Sequence record: SRR2962707_1525
Direction: 5' to 3' (one strand)
DNA: 32,839 nt
A program made the position numbers and the translations under genes. Positions 1 through 9,294 of this stretch are shown piece after piece (the stretch's first letter is position 1; the number at the start of each line of letters is the position of its first letter). The notes under the pieces are model-generated. The model was not told the origin of the DNA. It saw nothing but the letters and a program-made list of their open reading frames with translations, and made no database searches.

Positions 1-69
1 CTCTATCGCGAGATCGGAGTATTGCGGCTGGAGAAACTCGCTTCCTGTTGGGTCGCAGACTCTGCATAA
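1..69 (+). CDS. possible 3' end of a gene entering from the left edge (LYREIGVLRLEKLASCWVADSA*)
   Basis: Frame 1 is open from base 1 to TAA at 67-69. No recognisable motif, so this could be chance. Confidence 0.2.
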   Translation, partial: LYREIGVLRLEKLASCWVADSA

Positions 70-405
70 GACACGGCGCTAACGGCGTCGTTAAATACGT
101 ATCTCAAATCAGAGGCCCAACATCAGGCAGGCGATGCCAATAGCGCGGTTGCCCCCAGGTCCGGCAATATGCCAAGCAATGGCTCTGGTCTTACAACAAT
201 GATCGGCCGAACGATGGGCATCGGCGGCCCCATCCCCGCCCGGAAATCGAAAATATCTGCGTAAGCTCCACGACATCCTCCCGTTAAATACGGGATGATT
301 ACCATATCACCCCGTCCCGGCCTGAGGCCCGCGGGCCTGTCATTGGGTTGTCTCTGCTTCCCAATGCAGCGCAACATGTGCCCGTCGGCGCCGACAACAG
401 GAATT

Positions 406-1134
406 TCAGTCTTCAAAGAACAGAACGATCTCCTGCCCCCAAGCCAGAAGGTTCAGTCGATCGCCCGCAGCCACTGCCACTGCGGGACAAAGCCCACCGC
501 TGGCGATCCACTGGCCAGGCGCAAGCGGCAAACCATAGCGCGGCGCCAAAGCGAGCAGCTCTGCTGCGGCACCCAGAGGGCCGCCAATGATGTTGCGGCT
601 GCTGCCGACAACAGGTTCGCCCGCGTTATGGGTCAGCGTGATGTCGAATTCGGCATCAAAGCGTGCCGCTTCAAACGGCTGCACCTGCGTGATCCACAAC
701 AACCCGGCTCCGGCCCGATCAGAGATCTGCGCATTCAGCATGGGTTTCAACTCCTCGGGCAGCACCGAGGCCGGTATTTCGAATCCCAACGCCATATGAG
801 AGAACCGCTCAGAAGGGGTGCGCCCAGACGGGTCTGCCAACTGCAGCATCACCTCGGGTTCCGCCAGCGGCTTGTTCAGCCTGGCAAGCGACAGGCGCAC
901 CGTCTCGATAAAGACTTCACGAGGATGCAGCGGCCCCACAAAGACCTCGGTGTTATTGAAGACCTTGCGCGACCAAGGGTTCGCCCCGCCGATCTTCCAG
1001 GCGGCTATATCCGACATCTGTATCAGACTCAGACCGTAGGCTGCGGTATCCGTTGCAGGAATATCTGCTGCACTGAGAGCCGCCGACAGTCCGGACCTGC
1101 GCGACTGTTCGAATATTCCCGAGATCTGTTTCAT
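406..1134 (-). CDS. 2-keto-4-pentenoate hydratase (MhpD)-like, fumarylacetoacetate hydrolase superfamily protein
   Basis: Motifs AAYGL, AWKIGGAN (cf. GYKIGLT), AEPEVML (ExE), GFEIP, ISDRAG, GGPLGA and LAPGQWIASGGL follow the MhpD/FAH pattern. ATG at 1134 has AAGGA upstream. Alternative starts are 1158, 1164 and 1191. Confidence 0.75.
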   Translation of the reverse strand: MKQISGIFEQSRRSGLSAALSAADIPATDTAAYGLSLIQMSDIAAWKIGGANPWSRKVFNNTEVFVGPLHPREVFIETVRLSLARLNKPLAEPEVMLQLADPSGRTPSERFSHMALGFEIPASVLPEELKPMLNAQISDRAGAGLLWITQVQPFEAARFDAEFDITLTHNAGEPVVGSSRNIIGGPLGAAAELLALAPRYGLPLAPGQWIASGGLCPAVAVAAGDRLNLLAWGQEIVLFFED

Positions 1135-1420
1135 GGTCGTTTCTGTCCTTGCGTCCATCGTCACTGTGTTGCGCTCCGTGGTTACTGTCACATTCCTGTG
1201 TCGCGCTCTGGTTTAGTGCCTTTGTTGTCGCTATTGATCGCGTCCCGTCAAGGTGCCCCCACAGGGCAAAACGACGAAGGCCATGAATTGCCTCAGGCGG
1301 CGGGCTTCCGGCTTGCGTGTGCGAGACCGGATCACTAAGCTTGCGCGGTAGGCCGGTTGAGCGAAAGATGCCCCCTGCATAGGCGTTTGCGAGACGACGA
1401 AAGAGAATCAAATATCAATC

Positions 1421-2473
1421 ATGCCATTACGCGCTGCGATTATTGGATACGGAAAAATGGGCCGTATCCGTCACGATGCCATGGATCGCCACGGAGGGTT
1501 CGAGGTTGTTGTCGCCTGTGACACCGCCATTGATCCCGATGCGTCCATCCCGATGGTCACTGACCCAATGGCGGTTTACGATTACGATCCTGACGTGATT
1601 GTCTGCGGCGTCCCTAACATGATGATTCCCGATGTAGTCTGCGCAGCGCTTGAACGGGGTAAACACGTCTTTTCGGAAAAGCCCCCCGGGCGCAGTTCCG
1701 GCGATGTGCGCCGCATGATGGCTGCCGAAGATGCTGCCTTGGCTGCTCATGGTGGATTGGTGCTGAAATTCGGCTTTAACCACCGTGTGCATGACGCCAT
1801 TGAGGAAGCCAAGAAGCTCATCGACGCGGGTACTATGGGTGATCTCTACTTCATGCGCGGCGTTTACGGCAAAGCAGGTGGACCGGATTATGCCCAGAAC
1901 TGGCGCAATAACCCGGAAAAGTCCGGTGGCGGCATTCTCATCGACCAGGGCATCCATATGCTTGATCTGTTCCAGATGTTTGCCGGCCGCTTCACGAATG
2001 TGCAGAGCTTCGTACAGCGCAATTTCTGGACCGATGTGCCGGTTGAGGACAACGCATTCGCACTGATGAAGAATGCCGAGGGCATTGTTGCCTCCGTGCA
2101 TTCCTCTGCAACCCAATGGCAGCACACTTTCCGGCTGGAACTGTACATGCGCAACGGTTTCATCTCGGTGGACGGAATCCTGTCCGCCTCGGGCAGCTAC
2201 GGCGTCGAGGTGCTGACCGTCGCGCTCAATCGTCTTGATGCCAGCGGCAGCCCGACCCCGAACCCGGAACTGCAGGAGCTACGCTTTACCGAAGACAAAT
2301 CCTGGGACAAGGAAATTGCCGAATTCCATGCCGCCGTGGTGGAAGGTGTGCCCCTCAGGTGCGGCACCTCGCAACAGGCGCTGGACGTGATGGAGCTGGT
2401 CGAGGCGATCTATGCCGCCGACCCGGAGTGGAGCAAGATGCGGCAGCAGACCCCGCAGACGGTAACGGCATAA
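1421..2473 (+). CDS. Gfo/Idh/MocA family NAD(P)-dependent oxidoreductase
   Basis: N-terminal Rossmann AIIGYGKMG, EKPPG, GFNHR and GGGILIDQGIHMLD family motifs. Confidence 0.93.
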   Translation: MPLRAAIIGYGKMGRIRHDAMDRHGGFEVVVACDTAIDPDASIPMVTDPMAVYDYDPDVIVCGVPNMMIPDVVCAALERGKHVFSEKPPGRSSGDVRRMMAAEDAALAAHGGLVLKFGFNHRVHDAIEEAKKLIDAGTMGDLYFMRGVYGKAGGPDYAQNWRNNPEKSGGGILIDQGIHMLDLFQMFAGRFTNVQSFVQRNFWTDVPVEDNAFALMKNAEGIVASVHSSATQWQHTFRLELYMRNGFISVDGILSASGSYGVEVLTVALNRLDASGSPTPNPELQELRFTEDKSWDKEIAEFHAAVVEGVPLRCGTSQQALDVMELVEAIYAADPEWSKMRQQTPQTVTA

Positions 2474-2478
2474 AGATC

Positions 2479-3453
2479 ATGCAGACTCCTGTTTTCCTTG
2501 ACCATTTGCCCGACATCAACGCAGTGATCGGCCAAAAGTCCGAGCAATACCGGCTGCGGCGCACTCAGGCGCTGATCGGATTGATGCTGGATCCGTCCAC
2601 CCAGTGGCAGGAGCGCACAGGTTGCCCCGCCTGTGGTCAGGCCAACGACAAGAACCATATTTTCACGCAGACGATGATGGAATTTCGTCGCTGCAGCGGT
2701 TGCAATTCCATCTATGCTGCGCGTTGCCCCGAACAGGCTGTGCTCGATCAGCTGCGTCTTGACCAGATCGCCATCACCGCCAGCGACGCGCAGGGCGATC
2801 GGGAATTCGAATTCACCTCGCTTCTGAACTGGATCAGCCTCACCGGCGCGCGGTTGGAGCGTAGGCTGGATCACGTACTGGATATCCGTTTTTCCTCGCA
2901 GGCACCGGCCTGGCCTGATGCCACCGAACGGTTGAGCCACAACCGCACCTGGGAGTACCTGGGCCTCGAGCCCGAGGACCATGCCTTTTCGGGTCTGCGG
3001 GCAGCGATGGCCAAGGCGGCACCCCAGGCTGTCTTGATGCCTGCAGAACTGGATCGCGTGGCCGAGCCAGAAGCGTTGTTGACCGCGCTGAAGGAGACCG
3101 CCGCGCCGGGTACAGTGATCTTTGCCGCCAGCTCCTGCGCAGACGGGCTCGAATACGAGATCCTCGGTGCGGACTCTCCAAGCTTCGTGCCGCTCGACCG
3201 GCTCACGGTATTTTCCGTCAAGGGGTTTGAGGCTCTCAGCACCCGTCTTGGCCTGCGCGTGCTGGAGGTGTCGACTCCCGGTAGGCTCGATGCCGTGATC
3301 CTCGACCGCCATTTCAAGAGTGTCGAGAACACCACAATCCCCTTCTGGTCCAGCTTTTTCCGCGAGGCCGACAAAAATCGCCTGCGCGACTTGCAGATTC
3401 TGCTACAACGCAGCCTGAAATCGGGTGTGTTACGTTTCGTTCTGGAAACCTGA
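2479..3453 (+). CDS. Zn-ribbon + class I SAM-dependent methyltransferase-like protein with degenerate SAM-binding motif
   Basis: CPAC...CSGC zinc ribbon and C-terminal EVSTPGRLD, typical of polysaccharide-locus methyltransferases. Motif I reads VLDIRFSS instead of LDxGxGxG. ATG lies 5 nt after the upstream stop. Confidence 0.7.
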   Translation: MQTPVFLDHLPDINAVIGQKSEQYRLRRTQALIGLMLDPSTQWQERTGCPACGQANDKNHIFTQTMMEFRRCSGCNSIYAARCPEQAVLDQLRLDQIAITASDAQGDREFEFTSLLNWISLTGARLERRLDHVLDIRFSSQAPAWPDATERLSHNRTWEYLGLEPEDHAFSGLRAAMAKAAPQAVLMPAELDRVAEPEALLTALKETAAPGTVIFAASSCADGLEYEILGADSPSFVPLDRLTVFSVKGFEALSTRLGLRVLEVSTPGRLDAVILDRHFKSVENTTIPFWSSFFREADKNRLRDLQILLQRSLKSGVLRFVLET

Positions 3454-3486
3454 CCCTCCCCGTATCCAGAGATTAGGAATATTCTT

Positions 3487-4113
3487 GTGTCCAATTTTTT
3501 CCCCGTGACATCCTATGACAGCTGCAAGGACTTCGCAGGTGATTACTTTGCCACTCTCGCCAAGGCGACCCAACTCAGCGATCTCTCGGCGCTGGATCGG
3601 GTGGCGGCCCTTCTGAAAGAGACCATCGCGGCGGGCAATTTCATCTATATATGCGGCAACGGCGGCTCGGCGGGTATTGCCAACCACTCGCTTTGCGACT
3701 TTTTGAAATGCGTGCGCACCGACACAAATCTGATGCCGCGTTTCATGTCGCTCTCGGCCCATACCGAGATGAACTCGGCGCTGGCCAATGACATCTCCTA
3801 CTCCGAAGTCTTTGCTTATCAGCTGCAGTCCATGGCCCGCCCGGGCGATCTAGTGTGGACCGTCAGTTCCTCTGGTGACAGCGAAAACGTGGTGCGCGCT
3901 TTGCAGGTGGGCAAAGAGATCGGGTTGAAGTCGATTTCCTTTACCGGGTTTTCCGGCGGTCGGTCGAAGGACCTGGCTGATGTGAACGCACACGTGAACG
4001 CACAAAATTACGGTGTGGTCGAGGACATCCACATGGCCTTCATCCACATCCTGACCCAGTACCTGCGTATGACCCATATGGATGCCGCGTTGATCGCAGA
4101 CCGAAAGTTCTGA
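3487..4113 (+). CDS. SIS-domain sugar-phosphate isomerase, GmhA (sedoheptulose-7-phosphate isomerase)-like
   Basis: ICGNGGSA, ALANDISY, SSSGDSENVV, FTGFSGG and VVEDIH motifs. GTG start preceded by AGGA. Confidence 0.9.
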   Translation: MSNFFPVTSYDSCKDFAGDYFATLAKATQLSDLSALDRVAALLKETIAAGNFIYICGNGGSAGIANHSLCDFLKCVRTDTNLMPRFMSLSAHTEMNSALANDISYSEVFAYQLQSMARPGDLVWTVSSSGDSENVVRALQVGKEIGLKSISFTGFSGGRSKDLADVNAHVNAQNYGVVEDIHMAFIHILTQYLRMTHMDAALIADRKF

Positions 4114-4115
4114 GC

Positions 4116-4901
4116 ATGACTTCGGAGCTGCCTGCAGATCTGCACGACCGACTCTGCGCCCTCCTGCCCCGCCTTGTTCACGAGGTTTTTGCGCAGGATG
4201 TGGTGACCGAGGACAAGGGAAGCGATGGGCTGGATCTGGTCACGTCCGCGGATTTGGCCATGCAGACCCGGCTGGCAACAGAGCTTGCCGTGCTGCTGCC
4301 CGGCTCCGTGGTGGTGGGCGAAGAAGACTATGCGGCCCATCACGGGGCCGAGCCTGTCTGGCTGGTAGACCCGCTCGATGGTACGGTGAATTTTGTGGCC
4401 GAGCTGCCAGCCTATGGCGTGGCGGTCGTGCTTTTGCTGATGGGGCGGCCGGTGCTCGCGGCTGTCCACGACGTGCCGCATGGCGATCTTTATTCGGCCG
4501 AGTCAGGCCGGGGTGCGCGGATCAACGGCGCCCGGCTTCAGCGTCGGCACCACAAGGCGCGGCTTGCGGTGGTCTCTTCCGGTCTCGTGAAAGATCTTGC
4601 TGCGCGCGCGCCAGAGGCGCTGGTGGATCTGCTTGGGGATTTCAAGCTGCGTAATTTTGGCAGCCAGGCGTTGCATCTGTGCTATGCCGCTGCCGGACGC
4701 GTCAATCTGGTCGCGAGCCGCGAGGCCAAAGGCTGGGACGATCTTGCCGGGGCGCTGATCGCGCAAGAGGCGGGGCTGCACTATGGCAGCTATGCTCCTG
4801 CGTCCGAGCCGCGTCCGATGGATCAGGACCAGCTAAGCCTCTGCGCCCCGCCCGATCTGTTTGATCGCTACACGCCACTCTTCGCCCGCGCCTCCTTCTG
4901 A
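4116..4901 (+). CDS. inositol monophosphatase family sugar-phosphate phosphatase
   Basis: DLVTSAD, GEE, WLVDPLDGTVNF and WDDLAGALIAQEAG signatures. Confidence 0.93.
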   Translation: MTSELPADLHDRLCALLPRLVHEVFAQDVVTEDKGSDGLDLVTSADLAMQTRLATELAVLLPGSVVVGEEDYAAHHGAEPVWLVDPLDGTVNFVAELPAYGVAVVLLLMGRPVLAAVHDVPHGDLYSAESGRGARINGARLQRRHHKARLAVVSSGLVKDLAARAPEALVDLLGDFKLRNFGSQALHLCYAAAGRVNLVASREAKGWDDLAGALIAQEAGLHYGSYAPASEPRPMDQDQLSLCAPPDLFDRYTPLFARASF

Positions 4902-4933
4902 AAAGGCGCGTCTCAACCCGCAAGGATGACGAG

Positions 4934-5614
4934 ATGAAAACCGTTGCCATGATCCCCGCCCGCATGGGCAGCCAGCGTCTGAAGAAGAAGAACCTCGCGC
5001 CGCTCGCGGGCCAACCGCTGATCACCCATGCGATCAAGAAGTGCAAAGATTCGGGTCTTTTCGACGAGATTTACATCAACTCGGAAAACACCGAGTTCGC
5101 CCAATATGCCGAAGAATACGGCATCAAGTTCTACCAGCGCCCCGAAGCGCTCGGGAACTCGGTCGCCACGTCCGAGCAGTTCGTCTATGACTTCCTAAAG
5201 AACGTCGATTGTGACTTGCTCATTCAGGTACATTCCATCGCGCCGCTCCTGACGGCAGAGGAAGTGAAAACCTTTGCCGAAGCCTTTATTACCTCGGACG
5301 TGGATGTGATGCTGTCGTGCATCGAGGATCAGATCGAGGTCGCCTATCAGGACCAACCGGTCAATTTCACCTTTTCCGAGAAGGCCAACTCGCAGGATCT
5401 GAAACCCACCCAGCGGGTTACCTGGTCAATCACCGGCTGGCGCGCAAAAACCTATATCGAAGCGGTCGAGAGCGGCGGCATCGGCACTTATAATGGCAAG
5501 ATCGCGTTTTACCCGGTGGGTGCGATCTCTGGCCATGTGATCAAGACCCAGGTCGATCTCGATATCGCCGAGGCGCTGCTGAGCGTCCTTGCCAAACATG
5601 CTCAACACGCCTGA
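4934..5614 (+). CDS. acylneuraminate/Kdo cytidylyltransferase family protein (NeuA/KdsB-like CMP-ulosonate synthetase)
   Basis: IPARMGSQRLKKKNL CTP-binding motif, GQPLI and QRP. The C-terminal DID motif is atypical (HVIKTQVD). Confidence 0.88.
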   Translation: MKTVAMIPARMGSQRLKKKNLAPLAGQPLITHAIKKCKDSGLFDEIYINSENTEFAQYAEEYGIKFYQRPEALGNSVATSEQFVYDFLKNVDCDLLIQVHSIAPLLTAEEVKTFAEAFITSDVDVMLSCIEDQIEVAYQDQPVNFTFSEKANSQDLKPTQRVTWSITGWRAKTYIEAVESGGIGTYNGKIAFYPVGAISGHVIKTQVDLDIAEALLSVLAKHAQHA

Positions 5615-5625
5615 AGGATCTCGCG

Positions 5626-6546
5626 ATGAAAATTCTGGTTTCCAACATCATGATGATCAACGAGCGCGACCGCTTTGACGCGATCCTGCGCGAAAAGGGT
5701 GTGGCCCCTGTCTGGCCCGACGTGAACCAGTTCATGCCCGAGGCGCAATGCATCGAATTTGCGGGCGAAGTGGATGGCTGGCTCGCCGGCGACGACCAGA
5801 TCACTGAAAAGGTGTTGGAGGCCTATCTGCCACGCCTCAAGGTAATCTCCAAATGGGGCACCGGCATCGACAGCATCGACCTCGTGGCGGCCAAGCGTCT
5901 TGGGGTGCCGATCTGCAATTCGCCCGGCGCCTTTTGCGATGCAGTCAGCGAATATGCCATCGGCCTCCTGCTAGCGGCGACCCGGCGGCTGGCTCGCACC
6001 GACCGGATGATCCGGGCCGGCGAATGGCCCAAGGGCCGCTTTCCCGGCATGACGGGCAAGACCATGGGCGTGGTTGGCTATGGTGCCATCGGCCAGGGTG
6101 TGGGCCAGCGCGCCCGCGGCCTCGGCATGGCGGTGATCGCCTGTGATCCCTATATCCAGGCGGCCCCCGACGGCACCCCGATGGTCGATTTCGAGGTCCT
6201 GCTTGAACAGGCCGACGTGATTTGCCTCTGCTGCAACCAGACGCCAGAGAACTACCACCTGATCAACGCCGATACGCTGGCCCGCGCCCGCGACGGGGTG
6301 ATCCTGTGCAACGTCGCCCGCGGCGGTCTGGTGGATGAGGCGGCGCTGGTAGAGGGGCTGCGTTCCGGCAAGGTTGGGGCGGCGGCATTGGATGTCTTTG
6401 AGGTGGAACCGTTGCCGCAGAACCACCCGCTGATGGAGTTCGAGAACGTGGCCCTGTCCAGCCACAATGCCAACAGCACTGTTCAGGCCATCGAATACGT
6501 TCACGGCAATACGCTCGACAATCTGTTCAAGAATCTCTCAATCTGA
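5626..6546 (+). CDS. D-isomer-specific 2-hydroxyacid dehydrogenase (phosphoglycerate dehydrogenase family, no ACT domain)
   Basis: KWGTGIDSID, GVVGYGAIG, NVARGGLVDE, LDVFEVEP and SSHNA, with catalytic Arg/Glu/His intact. 306 aa. Confidence 0.93.
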   Translation: MKILVSNIMMINERDRFDAILREKGVAPVWPDVNQFMPEAQCIEFAGEVDGWLAGDDQITEKVLEAYLPRLKVISKWGTGIDSIDLVAAKRLGVPICNSPGAFCDAVSEYAIGLLLAATRRLARTDRMIRAGEWPKGRFPGMTGKTMGVVGYGAIGQGVGQRARGLGMAVIACDPYIQAAPDGTPMVDFEVLLEQADVICLCCNQTPENYHLINADTLARARDGVILCNVARGGLVDEAALVEGLRSGKVGAAALDVFEVEPLPQNHPLMEFENVALSSHNANSTVQAIEYVHGNTLDNLFKNLSI

Positions 6547-6552
6547 CCCCGC

Positions 6553-8388
6553 ATGCGTAGCCGGGGTATGACATATCGCCTGCAAACGGGCCTGTCTTCC
6601 CGGCCCTACGTGCAGGGCAGCGGGTTCGCCCCCAGCTTCTGGGCCCGCGCAAGCCATCTTGCCGTCTTTGGCGTGGAACTCTGCGTGACCCGGGGCGCGG
6701 TACAGGTGGATCTGATGCAGGATCAGCCGGGCGCCAAGCAGCAGTTGCTGGCCCGGCTGGATCGTCCCTTTCCGGGCAGCCAGTACAGCCCCGCCTTCAA
6801 CGTGCACGACCTGGCCGCGTCCGGTGGTGTGCTGCGCCCCGTGTTGCGGTCTGCCTCTCCGGATGCGGAATACGACCTCTGTTTTGCTACCAATGACCCG
6901 CCGAGCACACCGTGCCCTCGGTTGGCCTTCCTGTTGTCCGGTGCGCTCTCGGCATCGGTCGCGCGTCCCTTTGTAGAAGGCCTCTCTGACTTTCGTGCGT
7001 CTCCCCATATCGCGGGCAGTGCCGCCGCCCTGCTGCTGATATCGGCACAGACTGCCACAGCGCTTGGCGCGTCGCTGCCCGAAGGGGTCCACTCTACCGG
7101 CCCCGACGGTACTGGCTGGCTGCGCCGGGTCGGTTACGATCTGACGCAGGGGGTCCATACGGTTGCAGATCTCACCCATGTGGTGACGCTTGATCCCCGA
7201 CATGCGCCGGGGCCAGACACCCTGCCCTGCGCGGCGGCCCTTGCGCATTACCTGCGGGAAGAGGCGCTTCTGCATAGCCCGCCTGATGCCGGTGATTTCT
7301 GGCCCGAAAGCCTGATCGACCTGCGTCAGCTGCTGCGCCACGGGCTGCCGCGGGCCAGTTTTAGCGGCTACCTGACACGGCTGGAAAATGGCGGTCTCAG
7401 CCGTCACTGCCCTGTCGGCTCACCGCCGCCGTTGCCGCCGCTGAGCCGGATAAAACGCCTGTATCAGCGGCTGGCTGCATCGCGCCCGGCCAATCCTGAT
7501 CCTGCCCTGACCCGGCTGCGGCTGCAAACCGCCACGCAGCTGCGCCAGCGTGACCATGAGGCGGCAGTGGCACAGGACCGCCTGCAACGACGCCTGGAAG
7601 CCGCGGGCCTTTGGGAGCCGGAAACGGCGCGCGCCGAACTGGACCGGGCCAACCGCACGCTGCTCAGCCTCTTGCGCAACCGCCACAAGGGACAGCGGGC
7701 CGTCGTCGTCGGCAACGGGCCCAGCCTGCGCATCTCTGATCTCGACCGGCTGCGGGGCGACGTCACCTTTGCCTCCAACAAGATCTACCTTGCCTATGAA
7801 GACACCTCCTGGCGGCCCACCTACTATTCAGTTGAGGATCACCTGATCCTGCTGAACAACCGGGACCGGATCGAGGCGCTGGAAGGCAGCCTAAAGATAT
7901 TTCCCGCCAGCACCCGTGATTTTGGCTATCATGCGGCAGATACCGTCTTTGTGCCCTTCCTGCCCCCCGCGTCCTTTGACGATCCGCTTTCCGACCCGAA
8001 ATTTCCAGCCTTCAGCCGCGACCTCAGCCATGGACTCGCCTGGGGCTCGACAATCGTCTATAGTCAGATCCAGATGGCGCTTCATATGGGCTGCTCCGAG
8101 ATCGTTTTAATCGGTCTTGACCACAGCTATCACCTGCCTCCGGAAAAACGGGGGAACCAATACATCCACAACGGCGAGCAAAACCACTTTCACCCCAGGT
8201 ACCGGGACCCGGGAGAAGTCTGGCACCAGCCCAATCTCAACGTCCTTGAGGTTTCTTATGCAAAAGCCCGGACGGTCTGCGACGCCACGGGCGTTCCAAT
8301 TGTAAATGCCTCCCGGAAAACCGCTCTTGCCGTCTTTGAGTGTCGAGATTTCGACACCCTGTTTCCCCCTCCGGAGGCCCCCGTATGA
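6553..8388 (+). CDS. fusion of an eroded GlfT2-like N-terminal/GT2 region and a C-terminal DUF115/Maf/Cst-like (GNGPSL) transferase domain
   Basis: C-terminal domain from about 7672: VVGNGPSL, TFASNKIY, GSTIVYSQIQMALHMG, LIGLDH, NHFHPRY, IVNAS. The N-terminus aligns by eye with that of the 9295 protein. Start is 6553 or 6568. Confidence 0.8.
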   Translation: MRSRGMTYRLQTGLSSRPYVQGSGFAPSFWARASHLAVFGVELCVTRGAVQVDLMQDQPGAKQQLLARLDRPFPGSQYSPAFNVHDLAASGGVLRPVLRSASPDAEYDLCFATNDPPSTPCPRLAFLLSGALSASVARPFVEGLSDFRASPHIAGSAAALLLISAQTATALGASLPEGVHSTGPDGTGWLRRVGYDLTQGVHTVADLTHVVTLDPRHAPGPDTLPCAAALAHYLREEALLHSPPDAGDFWPESLIDLRQLLRHGLPRASFSGYLTRLENGGLSRHCPVGSPPPLPPLSRIKRLYQRLAASRPANPDPALTRLRLQTATQLRQRDHEAAVAQDRLQRRLEAAGLWEPETARAELDRANRTLLSLLRNRHKGQRAVVVGNGPSLRISDLDRLRGDVTFASNKIYLAYEDTSWRPTYYSVEDHLILLNNRDRIEALEGSLKIFPASTRDFGYHAADTVFVPFLPPASFDDPLSDPKFPAFSRDLSHGLAWGSTIVYSQIQMALHMGCSEIVLIGLDHSYHLPPEKRGNQYIHNGEQNHFHPRYRDPGEVWHQPNLNVLEVSYAKARTVCDATGVPIVNASRKTALAVFECRDFDTLFPPPEAPV

Positions 8389-9266
8389 TTACCGCCCCTA
8401 CAGTCTTCGACGATCGTGCCTGTACGTTGGGTGAGGGCCCGCTCTGGCATCCGCAACGTCATCAGCTGTTCTGGTTTGACATCGTCAATTGCAAGATTCT
8501 GTCACGGCTGGGAAAAAAAGCGTTCGATTGGACCTTTGATCGCATGGTAAGCGCCGCCGGCTGGATCGACCATGATCACCTATTGGTTGCGAGCGAGACC
8601 GGGTTAAGCCGCTTCAGTCTTGTGAATGGAACTGAGGATATGCTCTGCCATATTGAAGCGGTCAATCCTCTCACACGATCCAACGATGGTCGTGCAGATC
8701 CCTGGGGGGGCTTCTGGATGGGCACCATGAGCAAAACCGGGGAACCTGGGCAGGGAAGCCTCTATCGCTGGGCGCGTGATGAATTGCGGGTTCTCAAGAC
8801 TGGCCTGAGTACGCCCAACGCGATCTGTTTCGACCGGGGTCGCAACTGCGCCTATTATACCGATACGAAGACTCGGATCATCTGGCGCCAACCTGTCGAT
8901 CCGTCAACCGGTTGGCCAGACGGCGAAAGGCAGGTTTTTGTGGATCTGCGCGCCACATCCACCAGCCCTGAGCATAAGCCCGACGGTGCCGTGGTAGATG
9001 CCGAGGGCTGCCTGTGGAGCGCGCAGTGGGGCTCTGCCCGCGTGGCGCGCTATAGCCCCGAAGGCCAATTCCTGTCAGCTGTGACACTGCCGACAGGCCA
9101 CGCCTCTTGCCCTGCTTTTGGCGGCACGGATCTGCAAACGCTTTATGTAACAACTGCGCGGCAGAACCTGCCCGATGATCGCCCCGAGTGGCACCCGACG
9201 GCCGGACAGGTGTTTACGCTCGCGCTTTCGGTGGCTGGCCGGGCAGAGCCGCGTTGCGTTCTTTGA
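8385..9266 (+). CDS. SMP-30/gluconolactonase/LRE family lactonase
   Basis: LGEGPLW, LFWFDI, RSNDGRADPWGGFWMGTM, PNAICF, PDGAVVDAEGCLW and CPAFGG...LYVTTA. ATGA overlap with the upstream stop. Confidence 0.95.
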   Translation: MITAPTVFDDRACTLGEGPLWHPQRHQLFWFDIVNCKILSRLGKKAFDWTFDRMVSAAGWIDHDHLLVASETGLSRFSLVNGTEDMLCHIEAVNPLTRSNDGRADPWGGFWMGTMSKTGEPGQGSLYRWARDELRVLKTGLSTPNAICFDRGRNCAYYTDTKTRIIWRQPVDPSTGWPDGERQVFVDLRATSTSPEHKPDGAVVDAEGCLWSAQWGSARVARYSPEGQFLSAVTLPTGHASCPAFGGTDLQTLYVTTARQNLPDDRPEWHPTAGQVFTLALSVAGRAEPRCVL

Positions 9267-9294
9267 CCTTAACCAATCTTGGAAAAAGCCTTTT

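Noticed and set aside
123-416. 97-aa minus-strand ORF with a Rossmann-like start (VVGADGHM) overlapping the hydratase stop
   Set aside because: TTG start, codon usage that looks atypical, and only faint resemblance to dehydrogenase N-termini. It could be a decayed gene but cannot be supported without a search.
295-1338. 347-aa plus-strand ORF
   Set aside because: Antisense shadow of the MhpD-like gene, R/C/H-rich with no motifs. The same reasoning applies to the other long overlapping ORFs, e.g. 25912-27009 and 28452-29411.
1343-1352. GCGCGGTAGG resembling an ops/JUMPstart element upstream of a long polysaccharide operon
   Set aside because: Does not match GGCGGTAG exactly, short GC-rich matches are expected by chance, and there is no supporting context.
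5626-6546. Calling this gene serA
   Set aside because: No ACT domain, and the context is sugar biosynthesis. Family-level call only.
7672-8388. MptE (pterin diphosphokinase) function for the DUF115 domains
   Set aside because: Fusion to glycosyltransferases and proximity to a CMP-sugar synthetase favour a transferase role. No folate or pterin genes are nearby.
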